In this document: one piece after another, positions 40,839-50,829 of the stretch
Layout of the letters: each line of letters opens with the position of its first letter
How positions within the stretch are numbered: position 1 is the first letter of the stretch
Assembly (NCBI GenBank): GCA_964464475.1
Contig: CAYXGG010000001.1
Coordinates: 23,174 to 87,173 of the forward strand
Direction: 5' to 3'
DNA: 64,000 nt
From: an uncultured Planctomycetales bacterium
Lineage (GTDB): Bacteria > Omnitrophota > Gorgyraeia > Zapsychrales > JAHFFX01
Program-made: the position numbers and the translations under genes
The notes under the pieces: generated by a model
Seen by the model: only the letters and a program-made list of their open reading frames with translations
Database searches by the model: none
What the model was told of the DNA's origin: nothing

Positions 40839-41795
40839 ATGGACATGAAACCAACACGAGATGGATTTGGCGATGAGATGGTCGCCTTAGGAAAAGATAA
40901 CAAGAAAGTCGTGGTGCTTTCGGGAGATCTTGAGGATGCCACACGGGCTGAGTATTTTAAACACGCTTATCCTGAACGGTTTTTTAATCTAGGGATTACG
41001 GAGCAGGATGTGGTGGGAACTGCGGCCGGGCTTAGTCTGGCGGGGTTTATTCCTTTCGCGACATCGTTCGCGGTGTTCTTAACCAATCGCGCCTACGACA
41101 TGATCCGTCTGGATGTCTGTTATAACAAAACCAATGTCAAAGTGGTTTGTTCGCATACGGGATTAACTGTGGGAGAAGACGGCGCCTCGGCGCAATGCCT
41201 GGAAGATTTTGCCATCATGCGCGTGTTACCCAACATTAAAGTCGTTTGTCCGGTCGATTATATTGAAGCGCGTAAGGCGACTCGCGAACTGGTCAATACC
41301 AATGGTCCGATCTATATGCGTACCGGTCGGGCGCCTGTTCCGGTTGTTACCAAGGAGAGCGATCCTTTTGTGATCGGTAAGGCCAATATCCTGCGTCCTG
41401 GAAAGGATGTGGTTTTGATTGGCTGTGGAACGATGGTGTCGGAATGCTTGCAGGCGGCGGAATTATTGGCTAAAGACAATATTGACGCGCAGGTCGTGAA
41501 CATGCATACCATTAAACCGATTGATAGCGCTTTGATTCTGGATGCCGCGCAGAAAGTCGGCTGCTTTGTCACTGCCGAAGAGCATCAAATGCAGGGTGGC
41601 TTAGGATCGGCGGTCGCGGAAGTGCTCGCCCAAAATTATCCGGCTCCGTTAGAAATTATTGGCGTGAATGATTCTTTTGGTGAAAGTGGTTCTCCTCAAG
41701 AGTTACTAAAAGCCTACCATCTTAAAGATGTTGATATCGTTGCCGCAGCTAAAAAGGCGTTACTGCGCAAAAAGAATTTTAAATCCCGATCCTAA
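40839..41795 (+). CDS. tkt: Transketolase, C-terminal subunit
   Basis: RFFNLGITEQ, GEDGASAQ, GPIYMR, TIKPID, TAEEH..GGLGSAVAE. Confidence 0.95.
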   Translation: MDMKPTRDGFGDEMVALGKDNKKVVVLSGDLEDATRAEYFKHAYPERFFNLGITEQDVVGTAAGLSLAGFIPFATSFAVFLTNRAYDMIRLDVCYNKTNVKVVCSHTGLTVGEDGASAQCLEDFAIMRVLPNIKVVCPVDYIEARKATRELVNTNGPIYMRTGRAPVPVVTKESDPFVIGKANILRPGKDVVLIGCGTMVSECLQAAELLAKDNIDAQVVNMHTIKPIDSALILDAAQKVGCFVTAEEHQMQGGLGSAVAEVLAQNYPAPLEIIGVNDSFGESGSPQELLKAYHLKDVDIVAAAKKALLRKKNFKSRS

Positions 41796-41811
41796 CTGAA
41801 GAGAGGTCTCC

Positions 41812-42951
41812 ATGAGTCAAACCAATCTGCAGGCATTGGCCGCGTATGGTCAAAGTATTTGGTTGGATTTTATCAATCGTCCGTTACTGGAATCTGGAAA
41901 ACTCCAGCGGCTGATTGACGGCGGTTTGCGGGGTATGACGTCTAATCCGACGATTTTTAATCAGGCTATCAGTCAATCTCAGGATTATGACGCCTTGATT
42001 CTCAAGTTAAAAGAACAAGGTAAAAGTCTTTTTGAGATTTATGATGAGTTGACGATTCGGGACATTAAAGAAGCTTGTGATATTTTTCGTCCGGTTTACG
42101 ATCAAACTCATGGGCTGGATGGCTATGTCAGTTTGGAGATTAATCCTAAAATAGCGAATGACGCTGCTTCATCTATTAAAGAAGGTATGAGGCTTTATGC
42201 TAAGGTCGGTAAACCTAACGTCATGATCAAGGTGCCGGCGACCGATGCCGGTTATCCGGTGGTGGAGGAGTTAATTGCTTCAGGAATTAACGTCAATGTG
42301 ACGTTGATTTTTTCGTTGGCGCAGTATAGCCGCACGGTTGACGCGTATTTAAAAGGGTTAAGTCGTTTGTCCGCTCAGGGGAAAGATGTGCGTCGGGTAA
42401 GATCGGTGGCCAGTGTTTTTGTTAGTCGCATTGACGCAGCGGCGGACAAGCAGCTCGATGACAAGATTAATCAAACTACTGATGTTGTTTTGAAGAGTCA
42501 ATTGGCTGGGTTAAAGGGGAAGGCGGCGGTCGCCAATTGCCGGGTGGTATTTGATGAATTTAAACGCAAATTTGCTAGCACTGCTTTTGGTGAATTAGCC
42601 AAGCACCAGGCGAATGAACAGCGTGTGTTGTGGGCTTCCACGGGGACCAAAAATCCGCAGTACAACGATGTGAAGTATGTCTCCGAATTAATTGCTAAAC
42701 CGACGGTCAATACTTTGCCGGAAAAGACACTGGAGGCCTTTCAAGATCACGGTCAAGTAGTGGAGGCTTTTAACACCGATGGGGGGTGGGGGCAGACGGT
42801 GTTGCGTAATTTGCAAGCCGCCGGTATTGACGTGAATGTTATTTGTTCGAAGTTGTTGCAGGAGGGTGTCGTTGCTTTTGAAAAGTCATTTGATGAGCTG
42901 ATGACGTCGTTAGAAGAAAAGTCGCAGCGATTATCGGGCGTTCGGCAATAA
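41812..42951 (+). CDS. tal: Transaldolase
   Basis: GQSIWLD, GMTSNPTIF, GYVSLE, NVMIKVPAT, NVNVTLIFS, ASVFVSRID, WASTGTKNP. Confidence 0.95.
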   Translation: MSQTNLQALAAYGQSIWLDFINRPLLESGKLQRLIDGGLRGMTSNPTIFNQAISQSQDYDALILKLKEQGKSLFEIYDELTIRDIKEACDIFRPVYDQTHGLDGYVSLEINPKIANDAASSIKEGMRLYAKVGKPNVMIKVPATDAGYPVVEELIASGINVNVTLIFSLAQYSRTVDAYLKGLSRLSAQGKDVRRVRSVASVFVSRIDAAADKQLDDKINQTTDVVLKSQLAGLKGKAAVANCRVVFDEFKRKFASTAFGELAKHQANEQRVLWASTGTKNPQYNDVKYVSELIAKPTVNTLPEKTLEAFQDHGQVVEAFNTDGGWGQTVLRNLQAAGIDVNVICSKLLQEGVVAFEKSFDELMTSLEEKSQRLSGVRQ

Positions 42952-42969
42952 ACTGTAGGGTAGGTGTTA

Positions 42970-43016
42970 AAAGGGCCCCGGGTAGCTGACCAGCTACCCG
43001 GGGCCCTTTCTTTTTT
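42970..43016 (+). terminator. Rho-independent terminator after tal
   Basis: AAAGGGCCCCGGGTAGCTG / CAGCTACCCGGGGCCCTTT inverted repeat followed by CTTTTTT. Confidence 0.9.
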
Positions 43017-43029
43017 ATTAAATTCGTGT

Positions 43030-43059
43030 TTGACATACTATGGGGGGGTATGGTATACC
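43030..43059 (+). promoter_or_regulatory. csoR promoter with CsoR-type operator
   Basis: TTGACA at 43030 and TGgTATACC -10 element. Between them lies CATAC-TATGGGGGG-GTATG, an inverted ATAC/GTAT flanking a G-tract, typical of CsoR/RcnR operators. Confidence 0.8.
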
Positions 43060-43095
43060 TGCATCAAGAATAGATTTTTAACATAGGAGATATAA

Positions 43096-43377
43096 ATGTC
43101 AAATTTTCCGGCCCATCACGATCAGCTTGTCGCCCTCAAACGTGTTGAAGGACAAATCCGCGGGATCCAGCGGATGATCGAAGACAACAAATATTGCGTT
43201 GATATTCTTACCCAGCTGCACGCCACGGTTGGCGCGATCTTGAAAATTGAAGACGAGGTCCTTAAAAGACATTTTCACGGTTGTGTCGCCAACGCTATTA
43301 AAGGAAAATCCACTAAAGACCAAGACCAAAAAATCGGAGAAATTTTAGAGTTATTGCATCGTTTTCGCCGAACCTAA
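43096..43377 (+). CDS. csoR: CsoR/RcnR-family metal-sensing repressor
   Basis: LKRVEGQIRGIQRMIE..YCVDIL..HFHGCV (Cys-His-Cys Cu(I) fingerprint). Confidence 0.92.
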   Translation: MSNFPAHHDQLVALKRVEGQIRGIQRMIEDNKYCVDILTQLHATVGAILKIEDEVLKRHFHGCVANAIKGKSTKDQDQKIGEILELLHRFRRT

Positions 43378-43395
43378 AATGTTCAAGGAGAACCT

Positions 43396-44721
43396 ATGCG
43401 CCGTCTTTTTCAGATAAGGAACGGGTGGCTTCAAAAAAAATCGGGTATCGGTATTCTGTATTTATTGGTGTTTTCTTTTTGTCAGCCTGCTTATTCCCAG
43501 CCTGGCATCTTCGATGGTGATCCGCAGTTGGAATTACTTTATGAAAAATTGCTGAGTAATAATTTAGAAATCAAAGCCGCCCAGGAAAAGTGGGAAGCGA
43601 TGAAAAAACGCGTTCCTCAGGCTGCGGCTTTGCCAGACCCCACTTTTACGTATTCGGTCATGGGGCCGGACATCATGACGATGAGAGGACCACAGGAAGA
43701 GATTTATGAGGGGGAACAAATGGTTCCGTTCCCGGGGGAATTGGCGGAGCGCAAAGCCATTGCGAAGGAAGAAGCTGCCGCCGCGTTGGCCAAGGCCAAG
43801 GCAAGTCAACAAAATGCGATCTTAGCCTTAGTGGAAACTTATTACGATTATTATTATTTGAAAAATTCGTTAACGGCGACTAAACAATTAAAAGAACTTC
43901 TGCAAAAAAATGAGTCGGTCGCCCAAGCGCGCTATGCCTCTCAGGGGAGCGCTCAGCGCGAAGTGACCCACGCCCAGACGGAAACAGCGTCTATTTTAGA
44001 GCGGATTATTGTTCTGGAGCAGCAGCTGGCGACAACAGAGCTTTTCTTGCAGAAGCTCCTTAATGAAGCGGGGCCCTTGCCACTGCAGCCTATTCTTGAT
44101 CCGGTTATCCCCAACCTTTCGTCTTCCCTTGAAGAGTTAACCCAATTGGCTTTCATTAACCGTCCTGAGATCGTAGAAGCGCAAGCCATGGAAAATAAAG
44201 AAAAGCACATGAAAAAGATGGCTGTTTACGAGAATGCCCCGGATATTAGTGTAGGTTTTCAATATTACCGGATTGGTTCGGGTGAGACCTCTGATCCAGA
44301 AGATGGACAAGACGCGTGGATGATCCCCATCAAAGTCACCGTACCGCTTTGGCAAAATCGAATTATCGCCGGAATTAGTGAAGGAACGCGCAACCTTAAC
44401 GCGGCTAAAGCCAGTTTGCAAAATGAAAAAAATTTGGGTCAATATGAAGTCGCGAAGGCTTATTTTCAATTTCAATCCCGCAAACAGGTCGTTGACCTTT
44501 ATCAAAATGCCTATTTGCCTCAAGCGGAAACGGCTTATAAATCCGATCAGGCTGGTTATGAAGCGAACCGTTCGGAGCTAACCGCCTTATTAGAAAGTGA
44601 GCGCGCTTATTTGAATACAAAGCTAGGGTATTATGAAGCGTTGGCGGAGGCCATGAAAAGTTTTGCTGCGTTAGAACGTTCTGTGGGTGTTTCCTTGATG
44701 ACGAAGGAGGTCTTAAAATGA
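43396..44721 (+). CDS. TolC/CusC-family outer membrane efflux protein
   Basis: Signal peptide, AAALPDP, VTVPLW, two helical repeats, ALERSVG end; lies upstream of MFP and RND genes. Confidence 0.85.
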   Translation: MRRLFQIRNGWLQKKSGIGILYLLVFSFCQPAYSQPGIFDGDPQLELLYEKLLSNNLEIKAAQEKWEAMKKRVPQAAALPDPTFTYSVMGPDIMTMRGPQEEIYEGEQMVPFPGELAERKAIAKEEAAAALAKAKASQQNAILALVETYYDYYYLKNSLTATKQLKELLQKNESVAQARYASQGSAQREVTHAQTETASILERIIVLEQQLATTELFLQKLLNEAGPLPLQPILDPVIPNLSSSLEELTQLAFINRPEIVEAQAMENKEKHMKKMAVYENAPDISVGFQYYRIGSGETSDPEDGQDAWMIPIKVTVPLWQNRIIAGISEGTRNLNAAKASLQNEKNLGQYEVAKAYFQFQSRKQVVDLYQNAYLPQAETAYKSDQAGYEANRSELTALLESERAYLNTKLGYYEALAEAMKSFAALERSVGVSLMTKEVLK

Positions 44722-46124
44722 TTTTAAAATCAAAGCCGGTTGTCATGGGAGCAGTTTGTCTAATTTTGTTATTAATTGCTTTGCGATTTTTTGAAAGGAA
44801 TCGTCTGTTTCTTCAATCGTCCGCAAGCTCTGGCCAATCTGAAAACAATTATTATTGCCCGATGCACTCGCAGATTCAAGCGGACAAGCCGGGCGTTTGC
44901 CCTATCTGTAATATGAATTTGGTTAAAAAAGAAGCCAAGGCCAAAAAGTCAGAATCGGTAAAAACACAGACCAGCCCACTATATTATTGCCCCATGCATC
45001 CTCAGATTCAATCGGACAAACCTGGGGTCTGTCCCATTTGTAACATGAATCTGGTCAAAAAAGAAAGCTCTCCCGAGGCGCAGAAAACTAACGAAAAAAA
45101 AGCTAAAGATATTTGTTACTTTCATGATTGTCATAAAAAATCCGGCGGCAAGCCGTGTCCGATGATGGTCGTGACGAAACCCGGAGAAAAAGTGCATTGT
45201 CCGATTTGCGGGACCTTTATTGCTGGAGAGGAAGGATTGATCCCTATGGAGGAGGCCAAGCCGGAAGGGTATGCCTCCATTATTCTTTCCGACCAGAAAA
45301 GGCAATTGATCGGACTAAAAACGGTAGCCGTCAAGAGCGAAAAGATTTCGAAAAGAGTTCGTGCCGCAGGAACAATCGCCCATGATCCGGAACTTTATCA
45401 AGCGCAAAGCGAATATGTCCAGGCGATTCAGGCCTTAGAAAGAGCCAAGACAAGCTCCTTACCGGAAATCGTTAATCAGGCTGAGCGACTGGTTGACTCC
45501 GCGCGTATTCGCTTAAGGCATTTGGGGCTCAACGATGACCTGATAGAAGAGTTTGCCAAAGGCAAACAGGCCGAGCACAATTTGCTGTATGCGCACCCGG
45601 GTAATCCTATGTGGATGTACGCTCAGGTATTTGAATATGAAATTCCCCTTATTAAAACTGGCCAGAAAGTCACTGCAGAGGTGGTTTCGTTGCCTAATGA
45701 AGTTTTTGTAGGAACAGTAAGGTCGATTGATGCCATGGTTGATCCCACAACACGGACGACCCGTATCCGCGCTCTTTTGGATGATCCCGATGGGCATTTA
45801 AAACCTGATATGTATGTCAATGCCTTCATTGATATTGATTTAGAGGAAACTTTGGTCGTTCCTCAGGAGGCCGTTTTTAACACCGGGGTTAAGAAAATCG
45901 TTTTTGTTGAAGGCGAAGAGGGCGTTCTTGATCCCCGGGAGGTATCATTAGGGCAAACGTCCGGAAATCAAGTGCAAATTCTTCATGGTGTTAAAGAGGG
46001 GGATAAAGTCGTCAGTAACGGGAATTTCTTAGTAGATTCTGAAAGTCGATTGCAGGCCGCCTTGGAGGGGATGGGAACCCCAGCCCCTGAGTCTTCGGGA
46101 ACTGTTGAACAACACCAACACTAA
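44718..46124 (+). CDS. cusB: CusB-like membrane fusion protein with heavy-metal-binding domains
   Basis: Two YYCPMHxQI..DKPGVCPICNMNLV domains, an extra Cys/His cluster, LKPDMYV, GNFLVDSESRL. Confidence 0.9.
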   Translation: MILKSKPVVMGAVCLILLLIALRFFERNRLFLQSSASSGQSENNYYCPMHSQIQADKPGVCPICNMNLVKKEAKAKKSESVKTQTSPLYYCPMHPQIQSDKPGVCPICNMNLVKKESSPEAQKTNEKKAKDICYFHDCHKKSGGKPCPMMVVTKPGEKVHCPICGTFIAGEEGLIPMEEAKPEGYASIILSDQKRQLIGLKTVAVKSEKISKRVRAAGTIAHDPELYQAQSEYVQAIQALERAKTSSLPEIVNQAERLVDSARIRLRHLGLNDDLIEEFAKGKQAEHNLLYAHPGNPMWMYAQVFEYEIPLIKTGQKVTAEVVSLPNEVFVGTVRSIDAMVDPTTRTTRIRALLDDPDGHLKPDMYVNAFIDIDLEETLVVPQEAVFNTGVKKIVFVEGEEGVLDPREVSLGQTSGNQVQILHGVKEGDKVVSNGNFLVDSESRLQAALEGMGTPAPESSGTVEQHQH

Positions 46125-46136
46125 ATTCTTCGGTAT

Positions 46137-49100
46137 ATGTTACTTCATTCTTCTGAAGGGCAAAGAAAAGATGGTTTGATCGAAAAGGTCATTGAGTTTT
46201 CGGCACACCATAAATTTTTAGTCCTAATTTTAGTGGCGATGGCGATGATTTGGTCGGTCTGGTGTATTAAAAATATTCCGCTCGATGCCATTCCCGACCT
46301 TTCCGATTCCCAAGTCATCATTTATTCCCGTTGGGACCGCAGTCCGGACATCATTGAGGATCAAGTCACTTATCCAATCATCTCTGCCTTATTAGGGGTC
46401 CCGCAGATCAAAGCGATCCGTGGCTTTTCTGATTTTGGTTTTTCTTACGTTTATGTCATTTTTAAAGACGGAACGGATCTCTATTGGGCGCGCAGTCGGG
46501 TACTTGAATATCTTAACAAAATCAGTTCTAAACTGCCTGAAGGTGTCAAAACTGAAATGGGACCCGATGCTACGGGAGTGGGTTGGGTGTTGCAGTACGT
46601 TTTGGTCAACAAAACTGGCGAGCAGGATTTGCAGCAGTTGCGTAGCTTCCAGGATTGGAACCTGCGTTATCATTTGCAGAGCGTGCCCGGCGTGGCGGAA
46701 GTCGCTTCTATCGGAGGGTTCCAAAAACAATATCAAATCACCGTTGACCCCAATCGTTTGGTCGCTTACAACGTGCCTTTAAACGCGGTGATTGATGCCG
46801 TTCGTATGGGGAATATGGAGGTCGGCGGGAGACTATTGGAATTCTCCGGGGCGGAATATATGGTGAGAGGCCGCGGCTACGTTAAAAGTGTAGCCGATAT
46901 CGAGAATATGGTCGTGTCGGTTGACGCCAAAGGAACCCCCATTCTGATTAAAAACATTGCTTCGGTTGCCATTGGTCCGGAAATCCGTCGAGGGTTAGCG
47001 GACTTGGATGGAGAAGGTGACGCGGTCGGTGGGACGGTCATCATGCGTTTTGGTGAGAACGCGTTAAGCGTGATTAAAGCGGTCAAACAGAAGCTTAAGG
47101 AAATCGAACCTTCTTTGCCCCCTGGAACCACGATTGAGATCGTGTACGATCGGTCGGATTTAATTAATCGTGCCATCGCGACATTAAAGCACCAGTTGAT
47201 TGAAGAGATGTTGATCGTCAGCTTGGTAATTCTCGTTTTCTTATGGCATTTTCCTTCCGCCGTTATTCCGATTGTTACGATACCTATTTCGGTCTTGTTA
47301 TCTTTTATACCGATGTATGGTTTAAAGTTGACGTCCAACATCATGTCATTGGCGGGGATCGCCATCTCGATTGGTGTTTTAGTCGATGGCGCGATCGTGG
47401 AAGTGGAAAACGCATACAAGCGGTTAGAACAATGGAACGCGAATGGGCGGAAAGGTGATTTTCACGTGATCCGCTTGCAGGCGCTAAAAGAAGTGGGCCC
47501 TGCGGTCTTTTTTTCTTTATTGGTGATCGCCGTCTCGTTTATTCCTATTTTTACGTTGGTTGACCAGGAGGGACGGTTATTTAAACCGCTGGCTTGGGGG
47601 AAAAACTTAGCGATGTTTATCGCGGCGGTCTTGGCGATCACCTTAGATCCGGCGCTGCGGATGCTTTTTACCCGCATGGATCCGATCCAGGTTTCCTGGA
47701 AAATTTTGCCGGCTTTCTTACGGCAGGGCATGTCAACATGGGCGACGCGCTTGGCGGTGGGGCATTATTATCCTGAGGAGCAACATCCGATCAGCCGACG
47801 ATTGTTTGGTGTTTATGAACCCATTTGCCGATGGGTTTTACGCCACCGTAAAACAACCTTGGCCATCACACTCGCGTTGACGTTAACGACAATCCCGGTC
47901 TTCTTTCAATTAGGGAGTGAATTCATGCCTCCATTATGGGAGGGGGACATCTTATACATGCCCACCACGTTACCGGGGATATCGGTGACTCAAGCGCAAC
48001 AACTCATGCAGACGCAGGACAAAATACTTAAGGGCTTTCCTGAGGTCAAACGGGTCTTTGGAAAGGCGGGTCGCATTGAAAGCTCCACGGATCCGGCCCC
48101 CTTTTCCATGATGGAAACCATGGTCCAGTTAAAACCACCATCTGAATGGCGTTCGATTGACCGGTGGTATTCATCTTTCCCGGAATTTTTGAAAAAACCT
48201 TTGCGGGTTATTTGGCCGGATCGTATCAGCCCGGAGACCTTGATTAACGAAATGGACCAGGCCCTAAAAATCCCCGGTACCACTAATGCTTGGACCATGC
48301 CGATTAAAAATCGAATCGATATGTTATCCACGGGGGTGCGTACTCCTATCGGTATTAAGGTCTTGGGATCTGACTTGCAACAAATTGAAAGAATCGGGGC
48401 TCAAGTGGAGTCGGTTATTAAAAACTTGCCGGGAACGCGGAGCGTTTTTGCCGAACGGGCCGCGGGAGGGTATTTTCTGGATTTTGATTTGAAACGAGAA
48501 GCGTTAGCCCGCTATGGTTTAAGTGTTGAAGACGCGCAAACGGTCGTCATGACGGCCATCGGTGGAGAAAATATTGCCACGACCATAGAAGGGCGGGAAC
48601 GTTACCCCATTAATATTCGTTATCCGCGTGCTTTCCGAGAGGATATCGAGCAACTCAAACGGGTGCTGATAGCAACCCCTTCGGGCCAGCAGATCCCGAT
48701 GGTTCAAATTGCGGATATCGTTTTACGCAGCGGTCCAGCCATGATCCGCAATGAAAACGGTTTGTTAGCTGGGTACGTCTATGTTGACACCCACGGTATC
48801 GACGTAGGTACTTATGTCGAAAAGGCTAAAAAAAAGGTAAGCGAGTCGATCATGCTTCCTGAAGGCTATTCGTTGTTATGGAGCGGGCAGTATGAGAATA
48901 TGATCCGCGTACGAGAACGTCTGAAGGTGGTGATACCATTGACGTTATTTATTATTTGTTTTCTGCTGTATTTAAATACGAAGTCGGTGGTAAAAACGGG
49001 GATTGTTTTACTGGCGGTACCGTTTTCTTTGATTGGTGCGGTGTGGCTGCTATGGTTGTTGGATTATAATTTGTCCATCGCGGTGTGGGTGGGGATGATC

Positions 49101-49487
49101 GCGTTGATGGGGCTTGACGCGGAAACCGGTGTTTTTATGTTATTGTTTCTGGATTTAGCGTATAAAGACGCGGTATTAAGCGGAAAAATGAAAACGCGAG
49201 ATGATTTGGAGGAAGCGATTGTCCATGGAGCGGTCAAAAGGGTCCGTCCTAAAATGATGACGGTGGTGGCGGCTTTTATGGGATTATTGCCGATCATGTG
49301 GTCCATGGGGACTGGCGCCGACATGATGAAGCGGATCGCGGCCCCTATGGTCGGAGGTTTGGCGACATCCTTTTTATTGGAATTGATAGTTTACCCGGTT
49401 GTTTATTTTATTTGGAAGTGGCATTTTGAAATGAAGCGCGGTCAGGCCGATTGGATTAAGCGGGGAATGGTCCCCTCAACTATTTAA
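46137..49487 (+). CDS. cusA: CusA/SilA heavy-metal RND efflux pump
   Basis: LDAIPDLSDSQVII, GPDATGVGW, GSEFMPPLWEG, TDPAPFSMMET, WTMPIKNRIDMLSTG, RVRPKMMT. Confidence 0.95.
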   Translation: MLLHSSEGQRKDGLIEKVIEFSAHHKFLVLILVAMAMIWSVWCIKNIPLDAIPDLSDSQVIIYSRWDRSPDIIEDQVTYPIISALLGVPQIKAIRGFSDFGFSYVYVIFKDGTDLYWARSRVLEYLNKISSKLPEGVKTEMGPDATGVGWVLQYVLVNKTGEQDLQQLRSFQDWNLRYHLQSVPGVAEVASIGGFQKQYQITVDPNRLVAYNVPLNAVIDAVRMGNMEVGGRLLEFSGAEYMVRGRGYVKSVADIENMVVSVDAKGTPILIKNIASVAIGPEIRRGLADLDGEGDAVGGTVIMRFGENALSVIKAVKQKLKEIEPSLPPGTTIEIVYDRSDLINRAIATLKHQLIEEMLIVSLVILVFLWHFPSAVIPIVTIPISVLLSFIPMYGLKLTSNIMSLAGIAISIGVLVDGAIVEVENAYKRLEQWNANGRKGDFHVIRLQALKEVGPAVFFSLLVIAVSFIPIFTLVDQEGRLFKPLAWGKNLAMFIAAVLAITLDPALRMLFTRMDPIQVSWKILPAFLRQGMSTWATRLAVGHYYPEEQHPISRRLFGVYEPICRWVLRHRKTTLAITLALTLTTIPVFFQLGSEFMPPLWEGDILYMPTTLPGISVTQAQQLMQTQDKILKGFPEVKRVFGKAGRIESSTDPAPFSMMETMVQLKPPSEWRSIDRWYSSFPEFLKKPLRVIWPDRISPETLINEMDQALKIPGTTNAWTMPIKNRIDMLSTGVRTPIGIKVLGSDLQQIERIGAQVESVIKNLPGTRSVFAERAAGGYFLDFDLKREALARYGLSVEDAQTVVMTAIGGENIATTIEGRERYPINIRYPRAFREDIEQLKRVLIATPSGQQIPMVQIADIVLRSGPAMIRNENGLLAGYVYVDTHGIDVGTYVEKAKKKVSESIMLPEGYSLLWSGQYENMIRVRERLKVVIPLTLFIICFLLYLNTKSVVKTGIVLLAVPFSLIGAVWLLWLLDYNLSIAVWVGMIALMGLDAETGVFMLLFLDLAYKDAVLSGKMKTRDDLEEAIVHGAVKRVRPKMMTVVAAFMGLLPIMWSMGTGADMMKRIAAPMVGGLATSFLLELIVYPVVYFIWKWHFEMKRGQADWIKRGMVPSTI

Positions 49488-49499
49488 GCAGGAGGACTC

Positions 49500-49691
49500 A
49501 TGCGAAAGAATAACATGGCTCAGGAAGAGCGTTTTACGCGAACGACGTTTGGTTTGCTGATGATGGGGGCGGCTTTTGTGTCTTGGGGAAAGTGGGTGGT
49601 ATTTATTCTAGGAGTCTTATTTTTGATTTCCGCGTGGCAGGGGTATTGTGTAACGTGTGAAATCTATCGTAAATTTAATAATTCGCGCTGA
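49500..49691 (+). CDS. Small DUF2892/YgaP-like membrane protein
   Basis: NNMAQEERFTR, two TMs, GYCVTCEIY; RBS AGGAGG. Confidence 0.7.
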   Translation: MRKNNMAQEERFTRTTFGLLMMGAAFVSWGKWVVFILGVLFLISAWQGYCVTCEIYRKFNNSR

Positions 49692-49746
49692 TAATTTTTC
49701 ATGAGGAAAGATTGAAGGCGTGTTAGGTCAGAAAGGAGCTGTTGCA

Positions 49747-50301
49747 ATGAAAAAGTTATTCATCGTTTTAGGTATTATTTTAGGGGCATCTTCCACAGTT
49801 TTTGCCGCTGACTCCGCCGGGGCAGTCAAAGAGGCCGCTGCGGCCACCAACAAAATTTGCCCGGTGAGCGGGCATGAGATTGGCTCAATGGGGGAAGGTT
49901 CTGATGTTGAATATCAAGGCAAAAAATATAAGCTATGCTGCAAAATGTGTGAAAAGGATTTCTTAAAGAATCCTGAGGAAATGATAAAGAAGTTAGGTGC
50001 GGGTGATCAGTCTTCCGAGAATGCGGCCGGAGCCGGAACGGCTGTTGCGGCGGTTGAGCCTGCTGGCACGCAAGCCCCCGCTGAAATCATCGAAGTGGGT
50101 AATAAACTTTGCCCTATCAGTCATGAAGAAGTGGATGAACATGGAAAACCGGTCCCTGTTGAATACAAAGGGAAACGTTATAATTTGTGCTGCAAAATGT
50201 GCGAGAAGGATTTCTTAAAAGATCCGGAAGCGGCTATTAAAAAATTGGAAGCCGCAAATGCGACCGAATCTCCTGAAGGGCATGGCCACGAAGGCAGCTA
50301 A
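49747..50301 (+). CDS. Exported protein with two TRASH/YHS metal-binding domains
   Basis: Signal peptide, two NK.CP.S..VEY.GK.Y.LCCKMCEKDFLK.PE repeats, His tail. RBS AAAGGAG supports ATG 49747. Confidence 0.85.
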   Translation: MKKLFIVLGIILGASSTVFAADSAGAVKEAAAATNKICPVSGHEIGSMGEGSDVEYQGKKYKLCCKMCEKDFLKNPEEMIKKLGAGDQSSENAAGAGTAVAAVEPAGTQAPAEIIEVGNKLCPISHEEVDEHGKPVPVEYKGKRYNLCCKMCEKDFLKDPEAAIKKLEAANATESPEGHGHEGS

Positions 50302-50318
50302 TAATTACGTTAGCTACG

Positions 50319-50360
50319 GGGCGGATTAAGAATAGGTTCCCTTGCGTTCTTAATCCGCCC
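50319..50360 (+). terminator. 14-bp intergenic hairpin
   Basis: GGGCGGATTAAGAA ... TTCTTAATCCGCCC; no strong U-tract. Confidence 0.45.
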
Positions 50361-50412
50361 GGAGTTCCTTAAGGGCAGTGAGACCTTATTGAATTTAAGG
50401 AGTCATTAGATA

Positions 50413-50829
50413 ATGTTTGATTTGCCGTGGCATCCGATGATGGTTCATTTTCCCATCGCCTTGATCGTGTTGGCCAATCTGATGGAAATGGGCAGTTTGT
50501 TATTGAAGAGGGAATCGTGGCATCTAACGGCGAAGCATTTGTTTATTGTGGCCGCCATCTTCACCCCTTTGGCTGTCGGGTCTGGATGGTTAGAGCACGA
50601 GAAATTAAAAATTTCGCATCCCGTGATGAAATCTCATGAACTGCTGGGTTTTTTGACTTGGGCGATTATCTGGGTCGGTGGTATTATTTGGCTCTGGGCA
50701 CAACGACAAAATTTAAAGTGGGCGCGTTTGGTATTTATCTTGACGTTAGCGGTCGCTTTGGGAATGGTCGTCAGTACGGCACATTATGGAGGAAAATTAG
50801 TTTTTGAATATGGGGTTGGGGTTGAGTAA
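50413..50829 (+). CDS. DUF2231-like His-containing membrane protein
   Basis: PWHPMMVHFPIAL, four TMs, HE, AHYGGKLVFEYGVG. Confidence 0.8.
   Translation: MFDLPWHPMMVHFPIALIVLANLMEMGSLLLKRESWHLTAKHLFIVAAIFTPLAVGSGWLEHEKLKISHPVMKSHELLGFLTWAIIWVGGIIWLWAQRQNLKWARLVFILTLAVALGMVVSTAHYGGKLVFEYGVGVE

Noticed and set aside
40010-41795. Split transketolase as a frameshifted pseudogene
   Set aside because: Two-subunit transketolases are a common form; both halves are intact with their own starts.
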